A stretch of DNA of 63,755 bases, the filler included, from Octopus bimaculoides (lineage: Eukaryota), in assembly GCF_001194135.2 (NCBI RefSeq). It is 5 parts of 5 records of this genome, joined end to end, with 100 filler letters (N's around TTAATTAATTAA, not from the genome) between each part and the next. Parts side by side here need not be neighbours in the genome. Positions count along the whole stretch, not along the records: positions 1 to 30,138 come from NC_068996.1; 4 more parts are not named here. One strand, written 5' to 3'. The position numbers and the translations under genes were made by a program. Shown in pieces: positions 1-13,244 of this stretch (its first letter is position 1; the number at the start of each line of letters is the position of its first letter). A model generated the notes under the pieces. It saw only the letters and a program-made list of their open reading frames with translations. It did no database searches and was not told the origin of the DNA.

Positions 1-330
1 ATGCTTCAAGTAACTTGTCTCTAAATCTCTGTCCATTTGCAGGGTCTTTAAGTTTCCATACCCTTCTCCTCCTGGCCGGTCTACTTCTGGGCACCCATAT
101 TGCCTTGATTTCGAAGTCGCTAACTACTAATCTGTGTTGGGGTGTACATTCTTCGCCAGGGAGGGTTTTGGCATTTATAAGCCTCCCTCTTTCTCTAGTT
201 CTGGCGAGGATGTAGTCGATTTGGCTAGAGTGTCTGCCGGATTGGTAGGTGACTAGGTGACAGGCAGGTTTCCTGAAGTTGGTATTGCAAACCATAAGAT
301 CGGTTGCATCACAGAACTCCAGCAGGATTA
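1..330 (-). mobile_element. RTE-clade LINE fragment, APE endonuclease C-terminal region (continues left of window)
   Basis: Manual minus-strand translation LEFCDATDLMVCNTNFRKP..VTYQSGRHSSQIDYILAR..EECTPQHRLVVSDFEIK carries the APE motifs NT.F, SQIDYIL and QHRLVV typical of RTE ORFs. Confidence 0.8.
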
Positions 331-699
331 AAACTATGCCATTTTAATCCTGAGCAAGGCCGGGCATTTCTGTTAGTGTTATATATAGCTTAAAAATACA
401 AATTATAGTTTCTGTGTTATTATTACCAGATATAAATACTGCATACTTACAGCAATATGATGGCAATTTTAAAACTCCATGGAATATAGGTGTAGTGTGT
501 GGAATTGCTTAGTGAACAAGAACCATTTTGATAATGTCTTGTGCCTTCCAGTACAACTTTAAATTATATACAAACAGGAATGAAAGTGCTCAGTGTATGT
601 TAATTTTACTGTCCAGGTTTCAGCTCTAATTGTTAACTGCATTAAACTCACACAGCTGTATGATCACACAGGATATTGTGCTGTCTGAGGAGGGCTGTA

Positions 700-1051
700 A
701 TGTAATATAAGCAATAGGATAAAGATCTCCTTCGGTCATGACTGACCATGGGATTGCACCTAGAAAGTTCCCCTCCGAGGTACAAGTCCGGGCAAGGTTG
801 TTTATGAAAGACCAACAGTCGTCCATGCATACCATTTTCCTGTCTCCATGCCATCAGTGTTATCCAAGGAAAAGGCAAAGGCTGATACAGCTTGGCACCA
901 GTGACGTCATAACTCATTTCTAAAGCTGAGTGAACTGGAGCAAGGTGAAATAAAGTGTCTGGCTCAAGAACACAACACACCGCTCGGTCCAGGAATCGAA
1001 CTCACTACTTCATGATTGTGAGCCCGATGCTCTAACCACTGAGTCATGCGC
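700..1051 (-). mobile_element. tRNA-head SINE (central segment resembles the Nin domain)
   Basis: Minus strand: gcatgactcagtggttagagc (A box) ... gagttcgattcctgg (B box), then ctccagttcactcagctttagaaatgagt. The same central segment recurs on + at ~6615-6700. Confidence 0.65.
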
Positions 1052-1626
1052 AGAGAGAAAAAACATGGATTTGAGTGAGGAAGTGCCTTGTTTTGATTAT
1101 GCCTGTTGAGGTTCAAATATTGACTGCATTTATAGTGTGATATCATGTGTAACTGAATATTGTAACAGATGGAATAAAGGAATACCATGTTGAAGCCCAA
1201 GTTCTTCTCTCTCAATATATATAATTTTTTCAGTTTCAGTTTCCAGGCTTTGGTGGTCCTAAGATGCCCAAGGTGTTGCATTGTAGGACTGAACTGGAAA
1301 CCAAATGGTTAGGAAGCAAACTTCTTAACTATGCAACATTGAATAGTTATATGTGTGTGTGTGTGTGTGTGTATGTGTGTACATTTGTCTTGACAGCATA
1401 TGACAGTCCTAAGAAAGCATCACCATCATACAAGTGCATGCTCAATCATGAGGAATATTACCTGATTTGAAAACAGATGAGGATTAAAAACAAGGAATGT
1501 ATACAGCTATACAAAATTTGCGACAAATTCTGTCTGACCCATGAAAGAATAGAAAAAAAATGTTAAAATACGGACAGTGCTGGGTGGCAGATTTGGTCAC
1601 CATGGCGATGATGATGCCAATGGTGG

Positions 1627-1667
<41 letters not shown>

Positions 1668-1925
1668 TACAAATATAGAATTTTATATAACATATTTAAC
1701 TACTGAATCAACCAGTGTCTTTTTTTTTTATAGGACACTGGCCTTTTAGAGGGCATTGTTCTTTTATTGGGGCACTGTAACCTATAAAAGGACATTGTAT
1801 CCAATAAATGGGTTCAGTGGTTACTTAATCCGTTTGATAACAACCCACCAAAGACCATTCTTTATTCTCTGATACAAACTTCCTGTTTTAAAGTGATCTG
1901 AATGAATGAATGAATGAGGACTCAC

Positions 1926-2089
1926 CTGTTTGTCCTTCAGTTCTGTTGATCAAAACTTTACAAGCATTTTGTCTGTTAATAAGATTGTAAATAGTTGGTA
2001 TTGTGGGGACAAGCGCATGTGTCGGGGCATATAAAGATATTCGGGCAAGTCTTTTTATAAAAGCTGCCAACATATATGCAGGTAAATAT
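1926..2089 (-). CDS. NOC4L: NOC4L homolog, exon G (CBF/Mak21 domain)
   Basis: ttgtatttcag|A TAT TTA CCT ... ACA G|gtgagt; 164 nt, phase 2 to 1. YLPAYMLAAFIKRLARISLYAPTHALVPTIPTIYNLINRQNACKVLINR matches the NOC4 family motif HLPAYLVAAFAKRLARLAL.AP as I recall it. Confidence 0.93.
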
Positions 2090-2425
2090 CTGAAATACAA
2101 TAGAAAATAATTAGCAAATGTATCATAGCAATCAATAATACATACAATAATTATTTATTGAAAATTTTATTAAAAACATTGCATACAGTTTATTTAATCA
2201 AACTTTTCAAATAAATATTTAGATATTTCATAATTCTCATAGACAGTTGAACTTCCATTTCTTAGTTTGGATAGAAGTGGCATCCTGTTACCTATTTCTA
2301 GGGAATTGGTTAGTCTAAGGCCACACTGGGTGACATCTGACCACATTGCCATACACTAAGAAGGAAGCCAAATCCATGTGGTCATAAAGTGAACTTCATG
2401 AAATATATAATTTTATCAATATATA

Positions 2426-3675
2426 CAGAGTTTGGATAAAATAAAGGAAACACCTTAAAATTTCAAACAAATTAATTTTAATAAGAAGTAAGACTGCCTT
2501 TGGCAGTAATTACAGCTTGAATTCTACGAGATATAGACTCGTACAAAGTTTGAATTGTTTCCAAAGGAATTTTTATCCATTCTTCAGCTAAAACAGTCTC
2601 CAGTTCTGGTAGTGATGATGGTGGGGGATATTGACTCCTTACTTGTTTTTCTAAAATGCACCATAAATGTTCAATAATATTGAGATCGGGGGACTGTGGT
2701 GGCCAGATAACATGTTCAACTTCACTAGAATGTTCCTTGTGCCATTAAGTAACAACTTTATCTGTGTGAATTGGTGCATTATCATCCTGAAAGATTGAGT
2801 TCCGCAACCATAGGATGAATTTGTTCAGATAAAATGCTTAATTAGTCTTAACTATTTATTCTGCCATGATGGGAAACCATTGGGCTGGAGGATTTCCAAG
2901 ATAACAGCTCCCACCCCTCATCATCACAGATCCTCCTCCATGTTTAATAGTTGGAAGAGGGCAGTCTGGGTCAAATGCTTCTTTTGGCTGTCTCCACACG
3001 TATACTCAGCTGGTGGTCGGAAATAAGGTAAAGGATGACTCGTCCAAGAAAATAACATTCTTCCACTGCTCTAGGGACCAATACTGTAGGATTTTACTCT
3101 ACTCTAAAAGCTTTGCAATGTTTGTTTTTGAAAGTAGTGATTTTCTGATTGCAGCCCTCACATGAAATCCGACATTGTGCAGCTCCTAACAAACAATGTT
3201 TGTGGAAACTGGGTTCTCGAGGTGGTCATTAAGCTCTGCAGTAATTTTGAGAGCTGTACTTTCAGGATCCTTTCTAACAATTTGCGTAAGAATCCGACAG
3301 TCCCTATCTGAAAGTTTTGGTATCCTTCCGGAGTTTTGTTTCAACGACGAGATTTTCCCCTCTTTCTCAAAGGCTGTCATTACTTTCCAGACAGTACTTC
3401 TTGATACACCAAATATTTCGGCTGTTTTCATAATGCTAGCACCTGCCATACGAGCACCAACAGTTTGACCTCTTTGAAAGTTCGATAGATCTGTCATTTT
3501 AATAAATTTTAATTACCTTTTTTTGATGTCTGAAAAGAAACAGCAATTTTAGCAAAACATATTAAGCAACACTAATAATAAATCAAAAAACATAAAAATA
3601 AACAAGCTTTTGACAGTTTTATAAATATTTCAAAATTATGATGCTAGGTGTTTCCATTATTTTGTCCAACCCCTG
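2426..3675 (-). mobile_element. Full-length decayed Tc1-family DNA transposon in a NOC4L intron
   Basis: ~30-bp TIRs cagagtttggataaaataaaggaaacacct / aggtgtttccattattttgtccaacccctg, each flanked by TA. ORF 3186-3497 gives the paired/HTH N-terminus (LSNFQRGQTVG..GVSRSTVWK..SGRIPKLS). Broken catalytic motifs KHGGGSVM, FQDDNAPIH and WPPQSPDLNIIE follow. Confidence 0.92.
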
Positions 3676-3677
3676 TA

Positions 3678-4228
3678 AGTGCTGATCCCTAACTGTGGTA
3701 GAGGTAGACCCAGGAAGACATGGACGAAGTGGTGAAGCAGGATCTTCAAATTTTGAACCTCACAGAGGCAATGACTGGTGACCAAGACCTTTGGCAATAT
3801 GCAAGTGAAATTGTAGTCATAGTTGATGCTGGTGTCACGAAACTGACACCCAGGCCAGTGGCAAGTAAAGAGCACCTTTTGAGCATTGGGCCTCACAGAG
3901 ACAAAGTGGCTGAGTTCCTTTCAAGTGTTGGGCCTCACAGAGGCAATGACTGAGACCCTTGGTATTATGTCATGCTTGAGAAGACCCATCAAGCCAAGCA
4001 AAATCGCAGTCGTGGTAGATACCAGTGTCACGCAAATGGCACCTGTGCCGGTGGCATGTAAAAGTGCCCATTACACTCTCAGAGTGGTTGGTGTTAGGAA
4101 GGGCATCCAGCCATAGAAAACCATGCCAAATTAAACTGGAGTCTGGTGCAGCCTTCCAGCTTACCAGCCCTGGTCAAACCATCCAACCCATGCTAAAATG
4201 GATTACAGATGTTAAATGATGATGATGA
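3678..4228 (+). mobile_element. RTE LINE 3' end with 3'UTR and (GAT)n tail
   Basis: GRPRKTWDEVVKQDLQILNLTEAMTGDQDLW-type C-terminus, then the common gagtggttggtgttaggaagggcatccag segment and a gatgatgat tail. Confidence 0.75.
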
Positions 4229-4344
4229 ACACATTGGCTAAACTATTTCAATACCAACCCACCTGACCTCCACCAATGATTCTATGATACCCAACCTCTT
4301 ATTCTAAAATATATGTATATAAGCAAAAACCATTCATTCTTTTC

Positions 4345-4745
4345 ATTTAGCAACCCTTCATACCTTTGTAGCAGTTGACTATGGTGCCGCTACGCCAGTC
4401 ATTGGGTATGACTCCATCATGAACTACCTGGTTTAAAATACGGGTGACTAGGTCAAAGCCCACACCACAAAATTTTTTATTAAGCATCTGAGCAGTGATT
4501 CCTGATGGGCCAGGGGCTTTTCCTGGCTTCATATACTTAATTGCTTTATCTACCAGGGTGCTGTCTATTCGGATAGCTGGTCCCTCTACTGGGTCAACAT
4601 TTGGCAGGCTCTCCTCCTCCCACTCATTNNNNNNNNNNTTTGGCAGGCTCTCCTCCTCCCACTCATTCTCCACATTCAACAGTCTTTCATAATGGCTCCT
4701 CCAAGCCTCTTTCTTTTCCGAATCATTAAAAGTAAGTGCACCATC
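4345..4745 (-). mobile_element. RTE LINE fragment, region N-terminal to the RT core
   Basis: ORF 4347-4841: AWRSHYERLLNVENEW..MKPGKAPGPSGIT..WRSGTIVNCYKG (GKAPGP.G and W....IV..YKG motifs of non-LTR RTs). Confidence 0.85.
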
Positions 4746-5017
4746 ATCCATGCAGACACATTTCTCTCTTGTGACGACATCAAATATGTATATTATATAC
4801 ACCAGTATATAATAAAATAAAGGACTAATTCTCAAAAGCATTAACTTACTTAACTTGTGACATTCTCAAAGAGTAAAAAAGAAAAAAAAGAAGGGGATAA
4901 ACAACAGTGAATATTTCTCTCAATCCAAGGTGGACTTATTCAATTTTAAGACAATTATTAAGAAATTTTAATTAATATACATATCAATAAATCCAGGAAA
5001 ATAATATTTCAACATAC

Positions 5018-5128
5018 TTTGACGACAGAAAGAGGTTCAAGTTGCTGAAAAACTTTGCTCTGTATTTGAAATGAAAGATTGCAGGATCCAATAAGGAGTA
5101 GAGTTTTTTATAAAAATCAGGATAATTT
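5018..5128 (-). CDS. NOC4L: NOC4L homolog, exon F
   Basis: Long poly-T tract, ccag|A AAT TAT CCT GAT ... TCA AA|gtatgt; 111 nt, phase 2 to 2. NYPDFYKKLYSLLDPAIFHFKYRAKFFSNLNLFLSSK is the hallmark NOC4 motif (YPDFY.KLY.LLD..FH.KYR..FF). Confidence 0.95.
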
Positions 5129-5264
5129 CTGGAAAAAAAAAAAAAAAAAAAAAAATGAGAAAGAAAGAGATCAATGAATTTAACGATATAACAAATTAGA
5201 AATAAGATTATTGTGGACTTTGCCATCATAACTGTTTTAATGTCCACTTCTCATGTCATGCTTA

Positions 5265-5565
5265 CATGGGTCAGAAGGAATTTATTTAGGCAGATTTTCT
5301 ACAGCCAGAAGCAGATCCCATTACCAACCTTTGCCTTGTTTCCAAAAATGGTATAATTTCCTCCATGACCAGGCATGTTTTCATGAAAGATTAGGAAACG
5401 AAGGACACTGCTGGCATGAGAGGGACATTCGTTTTACAACAATCACATGATGTTGAAGTCATCATCATCATCGTTTGACGTCCGCTTTCCATGCTAGCAT
5501 GGGTTGGACGATTTGACTGAGGACTGGTGAAACCGGATGGCAACACCAGCCTCCAATCTGATTTG
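5265..5565 (-). mobile_element. RTE-type 3'UTR/tail fragments
   Basis: catcatcatcgtttgacgtccgctttccatgctagcatggg... is nearly identical to copies at 30055-30138 and 63538-63640. Confidence 0.7.
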
Positions 5566-5601
5566 GCAGTAAGGAGACATAAATGCAAAGACTTACTCAC
5601 T

Positions 5602-5647
<46 letters not shown>

Positions 5648-6286
5648 CACCACCATCATCATTTAATGTCCATCTTCTATGCTGGCATATATACAATGCA
5701 TTTCTTCCAGTTTCCATTTACGAAATCCCCTCACAAAGCTTTGGTTAACCTGTGTCTATATTAGAGGTCATATGCCCAAGGTACCATACAGAAGAACTGA
5801 ACCAAAGACTGTACACTGGAAGTAAACTTCTTGCCACTCAACTACCTATACTGTTCTAATACATCAAAAATGTTTTATAACTAAATTTTAACAAAAGTTT
5901 TGCAATTTTCGTCTCTGAGTAGCTGTAAACTTGTTAAGGTTTCAAAGCCTGCTTTATTGAACTGAACAATATGCTTCATCATGTTTTATCTGCTTTCTTG
6001 AATCTAAAAACTTTTGCAACAAAAAAAGTAAGGTTCTACAATCTCATATTCTACAACATGTCAGTCTGTCAGTCATTTGGTTAATGCCTGTTTTTCTTTG
6101 CTAGCAGGGAGAGAAGGCAAGTTATTTCTGGTAGCACTTTTATGGCTGAACAATCTTTACCTGGTTTTGAAGTAAAGCATATTTTTCACATATCTCTGAA
6201 AGCACAGAGCAACCAGTAATAAACATCAGCAAGGAATATAAACATTAAATCACCATTTCACTCAGGCAGCTACAGACATAGAATAT

Positions 6287-6342
<56 letters not shown>

Positions 6343-7049
6343 CAGGTTTTGTAAAGTTTCGCCTGCCAAACTCACTCATAAAGCATTAATCAAATCAAGG
6401 CTATGATAGAAAAAACAAACCTAAAGTAGCATACAGTGGGACTGGACCCACTGTAGTACATAAATCTTGTAGCTTTCAGAATGTTTTAATATGTTGATTA
6501 ATTAGTTCATCAATTAAATAATGTCAGTGTGCACACATGACAGAGTGCAAGTGATTTAAGAGGAAAACTGGGAATAAGAGGCATCAGATTGTGTGCAAGA
6601 AAGAAGGCTGTGCTGGTTTGGTCATGTGATGTGCTCTTGAGCAAAACACTTTACTTCACGCTGCTCCAGTTCACTCAGCTATAGAAATGAGTAACAGACT
6701 GTGACAGACTGGTATCCATTTCAGGGGCAACTATTGTGATCTTGGTCACTTAAAATGTCCTGGTAACTGAGTAACTGACCCTGTGAATCTAGGACACAAG
6801 ACAGTAATGCTCAAGAAAAGATGATGACGATGATGATGATAATGAGGACAAATGTTAGGTTTTACAGCTTGCTCTCCCCTTGTTATCCACAAAGATGAAG
6901 TTCTATAGAGAGAAAAAAAAATGTTTCCTATATTTCAAGAGGGTCGTTAAAAATTCAGCAATTAGCCATTGTGAAAAGAAATTATCAATCATCAAAACAT
7001 TATGATTTCTGCTGGTTTGGTCATGTGATGTGTACAAACGAGGAGAGCT

Positions 7050-7478
7050 GCATAAAGAGGGAACCTGTGGAAGGGGGTCAATCAGAAAGACATGGAATGA
7101 AGTGATGAAAAAGGATCTTCAGATGCTGGGCCTCACTGAGGAAATGACAAAGAACCTGGAGTTGTGATCTGCTTTACTTGAGAAGACATGACAAGCCAAG
7201 TAAAATCACTATCATCCATACCTACAGGCTTGTCCTTTACGGGTGCCTATGCTACATAACATGCACTCATGCTGTTGCTGTGTAAACACACTGGCGCTGG
7301 TGGAATGTGAAAAGCACCCAGCACACACTGTAAAGTGGTTGGCATTAGGAAGGGCATCCAGCTGTAGAAACCATGCCACTACAGACAATTTCGAGTCTGG
7401 ACAACTCCCCAGCCGGCCAGTTACTGCCAAACTGTTCAACCCATGCCAGCATGGAAAACGGACGTTAAACAATGATGA
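7050..7478 (+). mobile_element. RTE LINE 3' end fragment
   Basis: KTWNEVMKKDLQMLGLTEEMT-type C-terminus plus gtggttggcattaggaagggcatccagctgtag...ggacgttaaacaatgatga tail. Confidence 0.7.
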
Positions 7479-7516
7479 ATGCAAAAGTTGTAGAAAACAA
7501 ATCATTTCATACTCAC

Positions 7517-7577
7517 AAGTTGTGTTTATCCATCAATATGAAAATTCCATTTAATGACAGCAAACTAACGGAACCTC
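7517..7577 (-). CDS. NOC4L: NOC4L homolog, exon E
   Basis: ttttaatcag|GA GGT TCC GTT ... AAC TT|gtgagt; 61 nt, phase 1 to 2. (G)GSVSLLSLNGIFILMDKHNL matches NOC4 GGA.SLLALNGLFILI.KHNL. Confidence 0.93.
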
Positions 7578-7828
7578 CTGATTAAAATAAAACAAAATTC
7601 CTTTTAAAATTATTAAAATTACAAGCAAAAGTTATCATTAATAACACCACTGATAACGACATTGATACAGTGGAGGGGGTGTATCACTGATTAAACTCAT
7701 TCAAATATATAACTGGCACCGACTCATTGACTCAAAAGTTGACATCAGAATATAAAGGGACATAACTTATGTACAGCATGACATCTGTCTGAGGCTTTCC
7801 AATTACGCCATTAATAATAATAATAATA

Positions 7829-8330
7829 CAGTAATACCTCGTTTTACGAGGATTCGTTTTACAAGACCCTTGGTTTACAAGTTTTATTTTATAATAAATA
7901 TAAAGATCCATAACAAATGCTTCTGCATGTTACCGAGAAATTTATAGAGAGCGACAAAAAGCTTTTTCCAAGCAAACACATCTAGACTTGTTTTTTAAAA
8001 AGAAGTCTACAAGGCTGTCTACAAGTGCTTGTGAATCAGTGATCACATCTACAAGTGATGGTGTGCATAAGTCTAGTGAAAGTGATTCAGAAAGTTATTA
8101 TAACAATAATATGTTTTTATTATAAATGATCTTGACATTCTTTTAACTTTACATAAAATATTCTTTACATTCTACTTTTGTTTTACTGCCATTTTTTAAC
8201 GAGTATTATAAATTTTATAGCTAAAATATTTTTCTGGGAACGAATTACGATTCGCTACTATGGGAGATTATAGCTCTGCTTTACAAGCAGTCTCTGGGAA
8301 CAAATTATATCGTATATCAAGACATTACTT
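7829..8330. mobile_element. pogo/Tigger-like non-autonomous element (MITE)
   Basis: TA|cagtaatacctcgttttacg ... cgtatatcaagacattactt|TA: imperfect ~20-bp TIRs and TA flanks; ~500 bp. Confidence 0.55.
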
Positions 8331-8550
8331 TAATTCTTTCTAAAATAGGCACAAAGCCAAAAATTCGTGGGTGGTGATTTAATCAGTTACATCAACGCCC
8401 AGTGCCCAACTGCTACTTATTTTATCAACTCTGAAAGGATGAAATAAAATTGGCATCAGAGGGATTTGGACTCAGAATGTAAAGAACCAGAAGGAATACC
8501 TCTAAGCATTTTGTCCAGCATGGTAACAATGCTGAAAGCTCCCTGCATCA

Positions 8551-8590
<40 letters not shown>

Positions 8591-9281
8591 GACAATGAGG
8601 ATAATTTCAATTTCTGACACAAGGCCAGCAAGCTTGATTACATTAACCCCAGTGCTGAACTAGTACTTATTTTATCAACTCTCAAAGGATGAAAGGCAAA
8701 GTCAATCTCAATGGAATTTAATAATAATAATAAATGCCCTGATGCAATAACAGGCAATGGCTCTCATGGCTTCTGATCTTAACTGATTGGAAGTGTTATC
8801 ATGTACACTGTTTTGTCTTGGTATAAAAAGATGGGCTACAGCAAATATTCTGCTCAATACCACAGATTTGCTTGTCAGTTGTTTGACCTTAACCAGTTGA
8901 GCATGTCCTTTGGTGGCTGACATCTCTGATCATGAGTAGGAGTAGTGAGGGAGTATCATAGCCATGTGTTGAGAGGAATTCTTTGGGGTCTGAATTATTC
9001 ATCTCTAGAAACATAGTGTTTCATTCATCAACCTTAAACAACTCTCATTCAGGGACCTTTTTAACAAGATGGGCTACTCAGCCTGAAGAAAATTCTAACT
9101 GGGCCCCCACTGCAAGGTCATGCAATGTTTATCTTGATATGAGATCACCATGTCATGCACATATGGTTGTGATGCATGTGCCTGGTGTACCCTTATCAGA
9201 CAGGTAATCATGATGGGTATATTGGGCTTTGTATATTTTACCCCAGTGTCACTTTGATGACATGCATTGCTCTCATACTCC

Positions 9282-9323
<42 letters not shown>

Positions 9324-9430
9324 CTTGGTAGAGACACAGAGAATCTTACTTGAAATCTTTGGTAATTAGTTATTATTTGCTTTCAAATAGAGAAAAATCA
9401 GGAATTAAGATTTACCCGAGTGTCAAAGAC

Positions 9431-9462
<32 letters not shown>

Positions 9463-9669
9463 GGGACAAGGCCAGCAATTTTGAAGAAAGAGGAGGTTAG
9501 TCAATGCCAGTACTTCAGTTTACCAACTCTTGAGGGACAAAAAGTTGACCGTAGCAGGGTTTGAACTCAGAATATAATGAGCCACAAGAAATACCATAGA
9601 GGAATTTTGTCAGATGCTCTAATAATTCTGCCAATCCACTATAATGGTTATGGTGATTTCTAACATCAA

Positions 9670-9990
9670 TAACAGGCAAGGTTGTTAAATTGAGAAGTTT
9701 GCTTCCTAATCATGGGGATTCAGGTTCAGTCCCACAACACAGTACCTTGGCATGCATCTTCTACTATAGCCCTGGGCTAACCAAAGCCTTCCAAGTGGAT
9801 TTGGTAAACAGAAACTAAATGTGTGTGTGTGTGCATGCATGCGTGTGTGTATGTGTGTGCATGCATGCGTGTGTGTGCATGCATGCGTGTGTGTGTGTGA
9901 GAGTGTGTGTGTGCATGCATGTATGTGAGACTTTTATTTCCCTTGTCTACACATGTTCCACTCACTGGTTGTAGACAATGGCTTCATTTA
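9670..9990 (+). mobile_element. tRNA-head SINE family A, decayed copy with internal (TG)/(TGCA) microsatellite
   Basis: Shares ttcagtcccac..caccttgggca..tcttctactatagcc..ggatttggta..gaaact with the intact copies at 17098 and 18251. Confidence 0.6.
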
Positions 9991-10371
9991 TGAGGTTATT
10001 TACTTGCAGTTCGCAATGAAAGTAAGTTCAGGTTTTGTGACACATCTTGATGTGTTGCATGATATTCGTAAACAACAGGTTCCTTTATCTGGTGTCGTTT
10101 ATTTCCTGTTCTCCAGATAAAACATGCCTGGACTGTTTATTGTTTGATAGACTGTGAGGTTATTAGCGCAGTTGGAAACAGAGAAGAGTTGGTGACAGGA
10201 AGGGCATCCACTTGTAGAAACCATGTCAAAGCAAACAATGGAGCACAGCACAGTTCACTGGCTTGCCAGGTCCTGTCAAACCATCCAACCCACGCCTTAA
10301 AAACAGACATTAGACATTTAAAAGGAGGAGGAGGAGGAGCTTATATGAAAAATAATTTGAAGAATACTCAC

Positions 10372-10480
10372 CCATCTTAAACGAATTAAATAAAAAATCT
10401 GAAAGTTGCAAGGGCCTTTCAAGACAGGAGATAACATCTGTGACAGATGCCAAGACTCTTTTATACAACCCAAAGGCTAA
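10372..10480 (-). CDS. NOC4L: NOC4L homolog, exon D
   Basis: tttgttttaacag|TTA GCC TTT ... ATG G|gtgagt; 109 nt, phase 0 to 1. LAFGLYKRVLASVTDVISCLERPLQLSDFLFNSFKM(G) aligns to NOC4 LP..LYKKVL......P.L..DFLT....G. Confidence 0.9.
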
Positions 10481-11829
10481 CTGTTAAAACAAAATAGAAA
10501 ATTAACAATTTAAGTTTTTCAAGTCATATCTCGGTTTCCAAATAACAATTTAATCTAATTTTTATGAAATTTTTTATTTTAAATATCATCAGTTTCTAAA
10601 TTGGAAATTTGTTGATACTTTGTAACAGAATTTCCACTATACCATTTTATACTTGAATAAACAACAAATCATATTTCCTTCACCCCTTCCCCTCATGTAA
10701 CAAGAGCTATAACCAGAAACACAACAATTTAAACAACTGAAAAACAAAGAATTAGAATTAGTACTACTGTTAAATCTTTTTATCTTTTAGCATTCAGATT
10801 ACTTTCTCAAATATATTGCCTTTTCATTCACATTGTTTTGAATTAATCATGCATTGAATTAATTATGCATTATTGCATAGGTTTGAGATTCCAGTGGTAA
10901 TATTATTTTTACAAAGACATTATAGAGTACACTTTGTCCCATACTGAAACAGATGACCACCACTATACAACTCATAGTTTAGTAATGAAAACTGATAATT
11001 ACACGAACATAAATCAAAGAGTGTAAGGAACAAAAAAGGTACATCATGACTACATATGTTTCGAATCTAAACATGACATCTTACATTATACATAACACAT
11101 AAAAATATCATTTAGCTTTTCTTCTGGCCTAATCCCCAGTGGTTGTTTGCATCATCAATAGGGGATGAGTGAATGATTCACTAATTTGGCCACTGTAGAA
11201 TGGTAGGTGGGAGTAGCCAAAGTAATATGTATATATAACTGTTTAGCATTCAGATTATTCTACCAAATAGCTTATGAATGGATTTGGTAGACAGAAACTG
11301 AAAGAAGACTGGTGTGTGTGTGTGAATGTTTGTATATACCAATGTGTGTGTGTGTGTGTCTTTGTATCTGTGTTTGTGCCCCCATTACCAGTTGACAACT
11401 GGTGTTGGTATGTTTACATCTCCACAACTTAGCAGTTCAGCAAAAGGGACCACTAAAATAAGTACTAGGCTTAACAAAAACAAAATAAGTCCTGGGGTCG
11501 ATTTGTTTAACTAAAAACCCTTCAAGGTGGTGCTCCACCGTGGCCACAGTCAAATGACTGAAACATGTAAAAGACAAAAGATACAATTAGCTAATGATAT
11601 TTAATTATAAAATAAATATAACAGGATTCTTTTTAAACATTGAATGACTATGAGAGTCCATCCAAATAAAATAGGGATCAAAGGGGTCAAAGGTAAGAAA
11701 AATGGTTGAGAAGCACTTTGCTAGAAAGACTTAGGACACTAATTAAACAACTACTTAACCTCTTGACTCACATAGTCATTTATCCCTATCATTGGGTGTC
11801 TTAATCCTGGATATGTACAAAGTGAAAAG

Positions 11830-12450
11830 TTCCTGCCGATTTCTAACTGTGGAAGAGACAGAACCAAGAAGACGTGAAACAATTGGTGAAGCATGATCTT
11901 CGAATGTTGGGCCTCACACAGGCAATGACATGTAACCGAGACCTTTGGCAATATGCTGTGCTTGAGAAAACCTGTCAAGCCAAGTGAAATTGCAGCCAGG
12001 GCTGATGTCAGTGTCATGCTGGTGGCATGTAAAAAGCACCCTTTGAATGTTGGGTGATATGCTCTGCTTCAAGAAGGCCCATCAAGGCAAGTGAAACCAT
12101 AGTCATGGTCATGGCCAATGCCAGTGGCAAATAAAAAACACTCTTTGAACTTTGGTGATAAGTGACCAAGACCTTTGGTGATATACCATGTTTGAGAAGA
12201 TCTGTCAAGCCAAGTAAGATCATAGTCATGGCTGATGCCAGTGTTTCATAACTGGCATCCACACTGGTAGCACATAAGAAGCATCCACTACATTGTTGGA
12301 GTGGTTGGCATTAGGAAAGGCATCCAGCTGTAGAAACCATGCCAAATCAGATTGGAGCCTGGTACAGCTCCCCAGCTTACCAGTTTTCAGTCAAACCATC
12401 CAACCCATGACAGCATGGGAAACAGACATTACATGATGATGATGATGACA
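11830..12450 (+). mobile_element. RTE LINE 3' end with internally reiterated 3'UTR unit
   Basis: KT*NNW*SMIFECWASHR-type C-terminus, three imperfect repeats containing gagaag..tcaagccaagtga, then a (GAT)n tail. Confidence 0.7.
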
Positions 12451-12848
12451 CTTATTTTCAAGCTAAGGGTAATATAGAATGATTGTGGTTAAAAACCATT
12501 TTTGACACCAAGCAAACACCAGGAATAAGACATCTGATGTCAATCAGATGTTAATCTTATGAAAGTCTGGTGGAGACATATCACTGTAAAAATAACAGTC
12601 TTATATCATAGTAGTTTTGTATTAAACCACAATATTTTAACAACATTAACAAACCTTATGATCATTTTAAAGGGAAATAACTCTAGCAAAAAACAGCATC
12701 AATTATTATAAAGAATTATAAAGAATTTTTTTACAGGTGTCCCCCAAATCCACCTTGCTGGAATCCTGAATTTTACTCATGGTTAATAATTGCAAATAAA
12801 CATTGTAACATTAATATAAAGATTTAATTTAATTATAAATATACTTAC

Positions 12849-12931
12849 TTTCTGCTGTAAAAATGTTAACAGACATTTATTTAATAATTTTTTCTCTGCT
12901 TTATTTTCATTTGAATTTTCAGATTTTGAAG
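12849..12931 (-). CDS. NOC4L: NOC4L homolog, exon C
   Basis: atctttcag|CT TCA AAA ... CAG AAA|gtaagt; 83 nt, phase 1 to 0. SKSENSNENKAEKKLLNKCLLTFLQQK corresponds to EH...F...WL.FL..K; phases join exons B and D in frame. Confidence 0.8.
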
Positions 12932-13142
12932 CTGAAAGATAAATTTTTTTTTTTAATCATTAAATTTCTTGTACAAAATACTCTAAATAAAAACCTTAAA
13001 AACATAAAGAAAGTAATTACTTTTATTCATGCTTATTTACTGGTTTGGGGAACAACTTGTCCATGGAGAGCTTTTAGTTCTTATAATAATATTTATACTC
13101 TTAATTGGGGATAAGTTTTTATGTCTTTCATTAGTATTTTTA

Positions 13143-13179
<37 letters not shown>

Positions 13180-13244
13180 TTTGTAGTATGCTTGTTTATT
13201 TTCCTTTATTGACAAACTACATTCTCCAGTGGAGNNNNNNNNNN

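Noticed and set aside
345-385. cctgagcaaggccgggcatttctgttagt as a Helitron 3' end (similar idea at 58590-58620)
   Set aside because: Hairpin is imperfect, the CTRR terminus is not exact, and no 5' TC end or body was identified.
4596-4672. Direct repeat tttggcaggctctcctc..cccactcatt on both sides of a 10-N gap (duplicated NEWEEESLP in the ORF track)
   Set aside because: Typical unmerged contig overlap, not a real duplication.
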